Shown here in pieces: positions 25,461-32,053 of a stretch of DNA of 32,928 bases (positions are counted from its first letter, which is position 1; each line of letters starts with the position of its first letter). The stretch lies in NCBI GenBank assembly GCA_964562085.1, contig CAZLRS010000001.1, forward strand, positions 1 through 32,928, given 5' to 3'. Source of the DNA: an uncultured Gammaproteobacteria bacterium (GTDB taxonomy: Bacteria; Patescibacteriota; Patescibacteriia; 2-01-FULL-39-33). The notes under the pieces are model-generated. The model saw only the letters and a program-made list of their open reading frames with translations, was not told where the DNA came from and ran no database searches. The position numbers were made by a program, and so were the translations under genes.

Positions 25461-25548
25461 TTTTCAATTTTACAATTTAACAATTTTCAAACAATTTTAT
25501 AATTCTAAAATTGTTTTTGACATTGAAAATTCTTAAATTTTTAAATTT
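25461..25548 (+). repeat. AT-rich ~90-nt intergenic repeat, copy B (contains TTGACA 25517-25522)
   Basis: Aligns by hand to 5585-5680 in the same orientation. Here both flanking genes (nusG, rplK) are on the opposite strand. Confidence 0.8.
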
Positions 25549-25588
25549 ATTTTCTCCACAGGGAGAAGCGTGTCGAGAAAATTATTTA

Positions 25589-26134
25589 TTAAATTTTCTT
25601 AATTTGCAAGAAGTCCAGCTCCACCGGCGTTTCGCGGCCGAACATGGAAACTAAGACCTTAATCTTGCCTCGGGCGTCGTCAATATTGACCACCTTGCCA
25701 TCCATATTTTTGAATGGCCCGTCGGAAATCCGAATGGCATCGCCCTTGGCGACGTCAATCTGGAATTCCGGCTCTTCCACGCCCATGCGTTTTTGCAAGG
25801 ATTTGATTTCCTCTTCGGAAACCGGCGTCGGGGTTGTGCCCGAGCCGACAAAACCGGTCACGTGAGGCGTGTTGCGCACGACGTACCAGGAATCGTCCGT
25901 CACTATCATTTCCACTAAAATATAGCCCGGGTAAATTTTTTCTTCCACAATTTTCCGTTTGCCGTTTTTAATCCGGATCTTTTTTTCTTTCGGCACCAAG
26001 ACATTGAAGATTTTGTCTTCCATGTCCATTGACTCAATGCGCTGTTTCAGATTGTGGCCCACCGCTTCTTCCAAACCGGAATAAGTGTGGAGCACATACC
26101 AGCGCCGGCCGAGATTAAGAGTTTGTTTTGCCAT
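25589..26134 (-). CDS. nusG: Transcription termination/antitermination factor NusG
   Basis: NGN domain WYVLHTYSGLEEAV and KOW motif GDAIRISDGPFKNMDGKVVNID. One of the few genes here with an SD-like GAGGA upstream. Confidence 0.95.
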   Translation of the reverse strand: MAKQTLNLGRRWYVLHTYSGLEEAVGHNLKQRIESMDMEDKIFNVLVPKEKKIRIKNGKRKIVEEKIYPGYILVEMIVTDDSWYVVRNTPHVTGFVGSGTTPTPVSEEEIKSLQKRMGVEEPEFQIDVAKGDAIRISDGPFKNMDGKVVNIDDARGKIKVLVSMFGRETPVELDFLQIKKI

Positions 26135-26214
26135 ATTTTTTTCATCCTCAACCGCTCGCCGCTAACTTCCTCCATTTCCGGCAGTTAACGGCAAACGGTT
26201 GAATTATTTAAAGT

Positions 26215-26403
26215 TTAAATTACTTTGCTTAAAACAATATTCAAGATGTAGTCGGCCAGGCCTAGAAACGCGGCGACGCCCAAAGAAATTCCGATCACCA
26301 AAAGCGTGTGGCTTTTGGTTTCTTTTTTAGTCGGCCAGGTGACCTTTTTGAATTCGTCTTTTGAGTCCTTGATATATTGGACGAGTTTGTTGGTTGTTTC
26401 CAT
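26215..26403 (-). CDS. secE: Preprotein translocase subunit SecE
   Basis: 62 aa with EFKKVTWPTKKET followed by a single TM helix. It sits in the canonical position upstream of nusG. Confidence 0.9.
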   Translation of the reverse strand: METTNKLVQYIKDSKDEFKKVTWPTKKETKSHTLLVIGISLGVAAFLGLADYILNIVLSKVI

Positions 26404-26506
26404 ATTGGTTGTATTTTTTCTATCTTAAAATCCGCTCAAGGCGGATCATTTACATTAATCTTATTATACCTGAACTTTAAAAATAACGCAAGGGCGGGGA
26501 TAATGT

Positions 26507-27217
26507 TTATTTTTTGGCTAAATATAGCCGTTTTTTGGCCGGAGTGAACTTTTCAATGGCATAACGGAGCATAACTCTCGGCATTTTTAAATGATGCTTT
26601 TTTAAGAAGGCCTCCTCCCGGGCCAAGTTTCGCTTGCCGATTTCGCGCAACATCCAGCCGACGGCCTTGTGGATTAAATCATGTTTGTCGGCGATTAAAA
26701 TCTCGGCGATTTTCAGCGCGTCTTTGAAATCGTGATGGCGGATAAATTGGAAAGTCGCCAGCACGGCGATGCGCCGTTCCCAAAGATTTTTTGATTTGGC
26801 CAGGCGGAATAAGATTTTTCGGCCTTTATTTTGCAGAAAATTCCCGACGATATTCGGCGCCGACAAATCAACTAAATCCCAGTTATTAACGCGCTTGGTA
26901 TTTTTTAAGTAGAGTCTGAAGATTTTCGCCCGCCCGGCCTCGTCCGCTTTTTTGTATTTCAAAGTCAGAATGATGAGCGCGGTGAGCCGTTCCTCGTGCC
27001 ATTCGCTGTTCAATGATTTTTGCAATTCGGCCAATGAAATTTTCGGCCACAATTTTTTAGCGATTAGTCGTTGCTTCGGCACAATCACGCCGAGAAATTT
27101 ATCGCCCTCGCCGTATTCGCCTCGGCCGGTTTTAAAAAATCCCGCGAGCAGTTGCGCTTTCTTGGGATTTTTTATTTTTTCTAATTCTTTTCTTAAAACT
27201 GAAATTTTGCTTGGCAT
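26507..27217 (-). CDS. DNA alkylation repair protein (AlkC/AlkD-like HEAT-repeat family)
   Basis: 236 aa, all-helical. LLAGFFKTGRGEYGEGDKFLGV and VNNWDLVDLSAPNIVG are typical of the family. Confidence 0.8.
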   Translation of the reverse strand: MPSKISVLRKELEKIKNPKKAQLLAGFFKTGRGEYGEGDKFLGVIVPKQRLIAKKLWPKISLAELQKSLNSEWHEERLTALIILTLKYKKADEAGRAKIFRLYLKNTKRVNNWDLVDLSAPNIVGNFLQNKGRKILFRLAKSKNLWERRIAVLATFQFIRHHDFKDALKIAEILIADKHDLIHKAVGWMLREIGKRNLAREEAFLKKHHLKMPRVMLRYAIEKFTPAKKRLYLAKK

Positions 27218-27240
27218 GTTTAAATTTTTATTGTGGCGGA

Positions 27241-27681
27241 TTATGAAATATAAAATTTATTTTGTTTATAATTTTCCAAAACTTTGGCGCTGGGGAAATA
27301 AATGGGATTCGGCAAATTATTCAAATCAAACCACTGCCATTCGGTGATTTCATCCGGCTCCATGACTTTTGGCTCCCCGGAAAAATCATCGGCAAACAAG
27401 CCAATGGTAATAAAATGAGCGGTTTCAATAATATCTTGATTCACGCAAATTACTTCCACTTTATTGAGCGTGATTCCAGTTTCCTCAAGCATTTCTCTTT
27501 TGGCGCCGTCTTCAAACGTTTCGCCAAAATGCAATTTGCCGCCCGGCATGGTCCAGGTTCCGGCGCCATTCAATAAACTTGACGCTTTTTCCGGGTCGTC
27601 ATGGCGCTTGCCAAGCAATAGCTTGCCATCCCTTAAAACCATGACGCCGAATCCGACGCCCACTTTTTTGTTTTCTTCCAT
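27241..27681 (-). CDS. NUDIX hydrolase
   Basis: Nudix box GGKLHFGETFEDGAKREMLEETG. The ATG at 27681 (MEENKK) is preferred; the longer ORF-track start at 27741 would overlap hicA by 26 nt. Confidence 0.85.
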   Translation of the reverse strand: MEENKKVGVGFGVMVLRDGKLLLGKRHDDPEKASSLLNGAGTWTMPGGKLHFGETFEDGAKREMLEETGITLNKVEVICVNQDIIETAHFITIGLFADDFSGEPKVMEPDEITEWQWFDLNNLPNPIYFPSAKVLENYKQNKFYIS

Positions 27682-27715
27682 GTTTATTGGGTTATTAATT
27701 TTATTTTTTATCCCT

Positions 27716-27934
27716 TTATTTTTTCCCGAAATCGTCTTCAATTAAATGCGCTTGGCGCAAAATTGATTTAAAAGTTCCTAAAGGAATTTCTCTTTTTCCG
27801 GCCGGAACGATTACGGTTAAAGTTGGATTGCCGATTTTTCTGAATTTAACGTGGCTGCCCTTTTGCGAAATATAAACAAAGCCCTGTTTTTGCAGGACTT
27901 TGAGGATTTCTGATGATGAATATAATTTAGGCAT
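27716..27934 (-). CDS. hicA: Type II toxin HicA (mRNA interferase)
   Basis: 72 aa; ILKVLQKQGFVYISQKGSHVKFRK is the HicA/YcfA signature. Its start overlaps the hicB stop by 8 nt. Confidence 0.9.
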   Translation of the reverse strand: MPKLYSSSEILKVLQKQGFVYISQKGSHVKFRKIGNPTLTVIVPAGKREIPLGTFKSILRQAHLIEDDFGKK

Positions 27935-28145
27935 GGCAAATAGACATTTTGACTAGTTCCGGCCTCTCAATCTTTGTGATTTTTGGAACTTTTACATCTT
28001 CAAAATATAATTCCAACGCCTCATCCAAAGCGGCTAACGCCTCTTTTTTAGTTTTCCCGAAGCTGGAAACATCCACGTTTAAGCATTGGGCGACATAATA
28101 TTTGCCCTCCTTCCAAACGACATTTTTTAAATTAATTTTGCGCAT
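27927..28145 (-). CDS. hicB: HicB-family antitoxin, minimal form (N-terminal HicB fold only)
   Basis: 72 aa; VVWKEGKYYVAQCLNVDVSSFGKTKKEALAALDEALELYFED matches the HicB/UPF0150 fold. No RHH/HTH DNA-binding extension. Confidence 0.85.
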   Translation of the reverse strand: MRKINLKNVVWKEGKYYVAQCLNVDVSSFGKTKKEALAALDEALELYFEDVKVPKITKIERPELVKMSICHA

Positions 28146-28166
28146 ATATTTATTGTTTCTACATCA

Positions 28167-28195
28167 ATACTATCAAGCGCAAAAACTATTGTCAA
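28167..28195 (-). promoter_or_regulatory. hicBA promoter with a direct-repeat candidate operator
   Basis: Minus strand reads TTGACA (28195-28190), 17-nt spacer, TAGTAT (28172-28167). The 10-mer TTGCGCTTGA occurs twice (plus-strand TCAAGCGCAA at 28173-28182 and 28192-28201), overlapping the -35 and the spacer. Confidence 0.55.
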
Positions 28196-28265
28196 GCGCA
28201 ATAAACGGGCTTGATATTTTTTTATTTGTTTGTTACGCTAAAAAGGTCAAACGCGAATTCTATCG

Positions 28266-28295
28266 CTAAAAATCGTCTGTAAAGGCGATTTTTAG
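28266..28295 (-). terminator. Terminator hairpin downstream of the 28314-28760 NUDIX gene
   Basis: CTAAAAATCG-loop-CGATTTTTAG, a 10-bp stem with A/T runs on both sides. Confidence 0.6.
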
Positions 28296-28313
28296 TTTGT
28301 TAAAAAACATAAA

Positions 28314-28760
28314 TTATAATTTTCCTTCCTTAATCAATTCAATTGACGATTTGCCGGTTTGGATTTTCATTATCGTTTCAGTTTTGTTTTCCAGCGCGTC
28401 TTTAATCCGCTCCACTTGCTTGGGCGAAGTGTTTTTCGGCAGTTCGCTTAAGGCGAAATATTTTATTTCTCGCGACTCATCATTCAAAGTTATTTCTCCG
28501 CCGATTACCCGGCATTCAAAAGCCAAAACAATTTTATCTTTGTGCGGTTTGCTGTAAACGCCGGTCAATCTGATGATTTCAACGTCCAAACCGGTTTCTT
28601 CTTTTACTTCGCGAATCACGCCCGCCCAGGGCGTTTCGCCTGATTCCACCCCGCCCCCGGGCAAATTCCACAAGTCATAATCATTCCGCCGGCAAAGCAA
28701 AACGCGGTTTTCGTTATCTCTGATAATCCCAGAAACGCCGATGGTGAAGGTTGGGGTCAT
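28314..28760 (-). CDS. NUDIX hydrolase
   Basis: Nudix box GGGVESGETPWAGVIREVKEETG, 148 aa. Its last 23 codons plus stop are duplicated at 30822-30893. Confidence 0.85.
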   Translation of the reverse strand: MTPTFTIGVSGIIRDNENRVLLCRRNDYDLWNLPGGGVESGETPWAGVIREVKEETGLDVEIIRLTGVYSKPHKDKIVLAFECRVIGGEITLNDESREIKYFALSELPKNTSPKQVERIKDALENKTETIMKIQTGKSSIELIKEGKL

Positions 28761-28835
28761 TTTTTCTTATTTTATTTTATTTAAATCCCCATCCAGCATG
28801 ATTGGTTTTATTGGAATACTTTCATCTTACCAAAT

Positions 28836-28854
28836 CCGCCTCAAATCGGCAATT
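28836..28854 (+). repeat. 19-nt direct repeat, left copy, flanking the orphan cassette
   Basis: CCGCCTCAAATCGGCAATT is identical at 28836-28854 and 29516-29534. Confidence 0.9.
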
Positions 28855-28865
28855 GACGGTTAGGG

Positions 28866-28894
28866 TTGACAGGCGGTGGAATGTGTGATAATAT
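28866..28894 (+). promoter_or_regulatory. Near-consensus sigma70 promoter of the orphan cassette ORF
   Basis: TTGACA 28866-28871, 17-nt spacer ending in TGA (extended -10), TAATAT 28889-28894. It is followed by SD AGGAGG 28931-28936, 7 nt before ATG 28944. Confidence 0.65.
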
Positions 28895-28943
28895 GCGCTA
28901 TCTAACCAGTTTTAGATAAATAATTAAAAAAGGAGGAAAAATC

Positions 28944-29444
28944 ATGTACAAAAACTGGAAAGAAATTCATAAAATTCAGGATGCTCACTTTATGTGGGCG
29001 CTGGCGCTGCTTGACTTGGCAACCGACTTTGGTCGGATGATAGTTGAGCGGTTTCCAGAGTTTTTTACAGCAGAACAGCCGGCAAAGCCGCTGTTGTCGG
29101 AGTTGCGCGCAATCGCCGGAAATAATTTTGCGGCGGAGTGGAAGAGGGCAAAAGGCGAAACATGCCTTGCGCCGTCTTGTGAATATTTGGTATCTTGCGA
29201 TGCCATTCCAGAATGGATGCCCATCATGCATTTTGTTAGACGACATGGCGATGATTGTCTCATAAATTGTTATCCGGATGCGTTATCAGCTCCGCCTGAG
29301 CTTGAAAATGAGATTGATTATGTCGGTTCCATTTATACCTGGCAGGGCAAGAAGTTAATCCTAGTTGAGTTTAGTGATTGGGAGTGGTACTTTGTCCCCG
29401 CCGAGCTTATCGCTATTGATAGCGAACTCACTGTTGCTAAATAA
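28944..29444 (+). CDS. Orphan 166-aa protein of unknown function (probable foreign cassette)
   Basis: Longest ORF of the region and the only gene in the window with a canonical AGGAGG SD plus its own consensus promoter. No motif recognised. Composition is GC-richer than the neighbours. Confidence 0.7.
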   Translation: MYKNWKEIHKIQDAHFMWALALLDLATDFGRMIVERFPEFFTAEQPAKPLLSELRAIAGNNFAAEWKRAKGETCLAPSCEYLVSCDAIPEWMPIMHFVRRHGDDCLINCYPDALSAPPELENEIDYVGSIYTWQGKKLILVEFSDWEWYFVPAELIAIDSELTVAK

Positions 29445-29515
29445 TGCTCCCACCTGTGCTCGCCCCGTGTTGAAATGTTCAAATGAACAATTTGCGCGGT
29501 GCTTTTTTATTAAAG

Positions 29516-29534
29516 CCGCCTCAAATCGGCAATT
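29516..29534 (+). repeat. 19-nt direct repeat, right copy
   Basis: Identical to 28836-28854. Here it is followed by TGGCGGGGTTTATTTTT, so CCGCC/GGCGG can pair into a terminator-like hairpin. Confidence 0.9.
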
Positions 29535-29608
29535 TGGCGGGGTTTATTTTTCACTTTTTTTACCGCATTCAATCGTTTTCTGACTGGAGGAACCGCCGCT
29601 TTTATTTT

Positions 29609-29743
29609 TCAGAAAATTATTTTTAGAGATAATCGGCCGCCCAATTCGCCTTTCAATTCTTTTTGATAAATGGTTCTCCGGATGGTCTTACCCTTAAATA
29701 GAGCAATATGATTATTTTGGTTTTCTGTGTTTTGTGTGGCCAT
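29609..29743 (-). pseudogene. Truncated N-terminal fragment of a BRO-N/DinD-like gene
   Basis: MATQNTENQNNHIALFKGKTIRRTIYQKE then unrelated residues and a stop. NHIALFKGKTIRRTIYQKE matches NHIAIFKGKSIRKTIYQKE of the 32054-32730 gene at 16 of 19 residues. Confidence 0.7.
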
Positions 29744-29786
29744 AATTAGTGATTTAGACTAAAAAAGAAAAGTTTATTTCGCTTAA

Positions 29787-30740
29787 TTATGTCGCTGTTT
29801 TTTCGGCCAGTTGTCTTAATGAATCTTTTCCGAAGGTGTCTTCAATTAATCGAGAGATTTCTAACAGCTGACCAGTAAATATAGCTTTTGCGAAAAGTTG
29901 AAATACATCTTTTGGCGAAGTAAATTTTGTCTTATTTTGTTCGTATATTTCATTCACTAAGGATAATAAGTGTTTTCGTCCAGATTTATCTACATATTCG
30001 CTGATTATTGTTTGCCACATCCCATTAGGTTTCTGTATCGTTTTTACAGATTTTATTTCATCAGTATTTGCATTTGGATTTTCGGATTTTATTAAATCAA
30101 TAAATTTTTGGCGTTCTTTGGTTGCGTCAGACAATGAAGGCATTTGATTAAAATATTCCTTATCAAATTTTTTAGTGAGTTCTTCTGTTATGGCCTCATT
30201 AAGACAATTAAAATATCTTTTCCCTTCCTTATCTATAACTGTTAAACCAATGCGTCGTAGCTTAAATTCATTATTTTGGGCTGTAAAGGAAGTAAAGCTA
30301 TTAGCGTGCAAACATTCATGCGCTAATCTTTCCGCAAAAGTTAAATCATCATCGGAATCAAGCACAATAATTCCCTGACGATTTTCCATATACACCCCGT
30401 CACATTTTTCTGACATGCCGGAATCCCTTCTTTTTTTCTTGGATAATAAATCCGTATTTACTACGTGAATATGGTCGAGAGTTAAACTTAATGGTTCTAT
30501 CTCGTACTCACCTAGAAATTCTGGTAGTTTGGCCAATAGGTCTTGTATAATTTGTGTCTCTTTTTCCGTTTTTTCACGTTCAATTGGTAGTTTCTCTGGC
30601 GCTAGAAAAATTTCTCTCGCCATTTCTAATGCATTTTGCTCTTCTTTTTCTGAAAGATTAATAACTCGTTGAATAGCGGACTCTTTTGTTTCGGATTTAT
30701 TATTATTTTCTATATTAAATTTTTTTTCCAATTTTTCCAT
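29787..30740 (-). CDS. Orphan putative zinc metalloprotease (HExxH), family unassigned
   Basis: 317 aa with FAERLAHECLHANSF (HExxH) and a candidate third ligand in NEAITEE 37 residues after the second His. Clearly AT-richer than the core genes. Confidence 0.7.
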   Translation of the reverse strand: MEKLEKKFNIENNNKSETKESAIQRVINLSEKEEQNALEMAREIFLAPEKLPIEREKTEKETQIIQDLLAKLPEFLGEYEIEPLSLTLDHIHVVNTDLLSKKKRRDSGMSEKCDGVYMENRQGIIVLDSDDDLTFAERLAHECLHANSFTSFTAQNNEFKLRRIGLTVIDKEGKRYFNCLNEAITEELTKKFDKEYFNQMPSLSDATKERQKFIDLIKSENPNANTDEIKSVKTIQKPNGMWQTIISEYVDKSGRKHLLSLVNEIYEQNKTKFTSPKDVFQLFAKAIFTGQLLEISRLIEDTFGKDSLRQLAEKTAT

Positions 30741-30821
30741 ATTTGCAATTTGAAAATTTATTCAAATATTTTTTTATTCCAACTTTTGATCAATGTTATA
30801 TTTACTGGCATGTTTATCTAA

Positions 30822-30893
30822 TTATAATTTCCCTTCCTTAATCAATTCAATTGACAATTTGCCGGTTTGGATTTTTATGATTGTTTCCGTTTT
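30822..30893 (-). pseudogene. Remnant of a NUDIX gene 3' end (23 codons plus stop)
   Basis: 66 of 72 nt are identical, ungapped, to 28314-28385 (hand count). It encodes KTETIIKIQTGKLSIELIKEGKL, versus KTETIMKIQTGKSSIELIKEGKL. An in-frame stop lies directly upstream. Confidence 0.85.
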
Positions 30894-30920
30894 TTAAACT
30901 GGTAAAAAGTTTAGGATAAT

Positions 30921-31283
30921 TTATACTTTTATCCCTTCTCTTATCAACGATTCAGTTTTTTTCTTAGAACATTCTTCGCATCTGAATTTTGGCGCCTTAT
31001 CTTCAATCTTATTATAATTTGATGTTTTTACAATCCTATACCCCCTGGCGATTTTTCCGCAATCGGAACAATTTATATTATCCTTAACTTCCCATTGAGT
31101 GGACAGAAGTTTTGATTTGAAAATAAAACCGTCAACCCAGAAAAAAATTAATCCTCCGATAAGATTGGCAATCGTTGTCGCGACCCATTTATCAAGCGTT
31201 GACAGCCAGATTAAGACTACGGCTAAAATCGGCGTGCTTAATTGCCATCGGCATAAATAAAGAAAATACCTCTTGAAGTTCAT
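30921..31283 (-). CDS. Membrane protein: two GtrA-like TM helices fused to a C-terminal CxxC...CxxC zinc ribbon
   Basis: TM segments STPILAVVLIWL and ATTIANLIGGLIFFWVDGFIF (GtrA-like), then CSDCGKIARGY ... FRCEECSKKK. Confidence 0.65.
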   Translation of the reverse strand: MNFKRYFLYLCRWQLSTPILAVVLIWLSTLDKWVATTIANLIGGLIFFWVDGFIFKSKLLSTQWEVKDNINCSDCGKIARGYRIVKTSNYNKIEDKAPKFRCEECSKKKTESLIREGIKV

Positions 31284-31320
31284 ATTTATATTAAGTTAAG
31301 GGGATAAGATTTTTAATAAT

Positions 31321-32043
31321 TTATTTAGCCAAAAATCGAAATACCCAGCCCAATAAATTAAAACCTTTTTGGGAAGAATTAAGTGAATTTTCAATTCCTA
31401 AGTTGGCCTCCTCAAGGAGTTGAAGTTGTTCAGCCAAGGATTGTTGGTCGCTTTGGCCGGATAATTGATTTTTAATTTGATTTAACTGTTTAATCTGTTC
31501 ACGATTTTGTTCCAATATTTTTTTAGCATTGTTTATTTCGCCATAATCCGGCCCGATGAAAAACTTGGCGAATCCCTTTCGGTTTTGAACTTTCTGCAAA
31601 CTCGCTTCTAATTTTTCTTGGTTTTGAGTTTGGGTTTGGGCGATTGTTTTTACCTGTTGCCCGATCCCGCCATTTCTCTCAGCTACTTGTAACATTTCTT
31701 GTACGGCATTAGCGACCCCGCTTCTTCTTTGTTCTTTTGTTTGTAAACCGTTTCCGCTTTCCGCTTGGATTGCCTCTTGTTCTTGATTTTGGATTTGATT
31801 TGTTTCACCCTGATTTTGTGTCTGGTTTTGATTTTTGGCTTGGTCACCCGCCTCACCGTCAGTTTGCGATTGTTGTTGATTGTGTGTTTGAATTTGGTTG
31901 TCTTCACTTTGATTGGCGGTTTCTGTTTGTTGCTGAATTTGAGCGCCTGTCCCACTTTTGATGTTTTGGTCTACTGCGTAGGCATTGCCGGCAAAGGCGA
32001 AAGATGCCGCCAAGATGCCAGCTAATAAGATTTTACTTTTCAT
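31321..32043 (-). CDS. Secreted Q/N-rich protein with C-terminal coiled coil
   Basis: Sec signal peptide MKSKILLAGILAASFAFAGNAYA, a low-complexity NQ-rich region, then a helical LEQNREQIKQLNQIKNQL region. Confidence 0.7.
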   Translation of the reverse strand: MKSKILLAGILAASFAFAGNAYAVDQNIKSGTGAQIQQQTETANQSEDNQIQTHNQQQSQTDGEAGDQAKNQNQTQNQGETNQIQNQEQEAIQAESGNGLQTKEQRRSGVANAVQEMLQVAERNGGIGQQVKTIAQTQTQNQEKLEASLQKVQNRKGFAKFFIGPDYGEINNAKKILEQNREQIKQLNQIKNQLSGQSDQQSLAEQLQLLEEANLGIENSLNSSQKGFNLLGWVFRFLAK

Positions 32044-32053
32044 AATTTTTTTG

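Noticed and set aside
26404-26506. Looked for rpmG (L33) or tRNA-Trp, which often precede secE.
   Set aside because: The spacer is only 103 nt. It contains a short terminator-like hairpin (26430-26446) and a -10-like box, but no ORF or cloverleaf.
27682-27741. Longer N-terminus of the 27241 NUDIX gene, overlapping hicA by 26 nt.
   Set aside because: The extra 20 residues (MKTISGKNKGIKNKINNPIN) are low-complexity translation of an AT-rich spacer. ATG 27681 gives a normal NUDIX N-terminus.
28902-29263. Two minus-strand ORFs (114 aa and 92 aa) opposite the orphan cassette ORF.
   Set aside because: The plus-strand 166-aa ORF is longer and has a consensus promoter and an AGGAGG SD at the correct spacing. 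The minus-strand ORFs are Cys/Arg-rich and lack start signals.
31683-32025. Three overlapping ORFs (74-90 aa) within the Q/N-rich gene.
   Set aside because: They are frame and strand shadows created by low-complexity CAA/AAT-rich sequence. Only the 240-aa frame has a signal peptide and spans the whole region.
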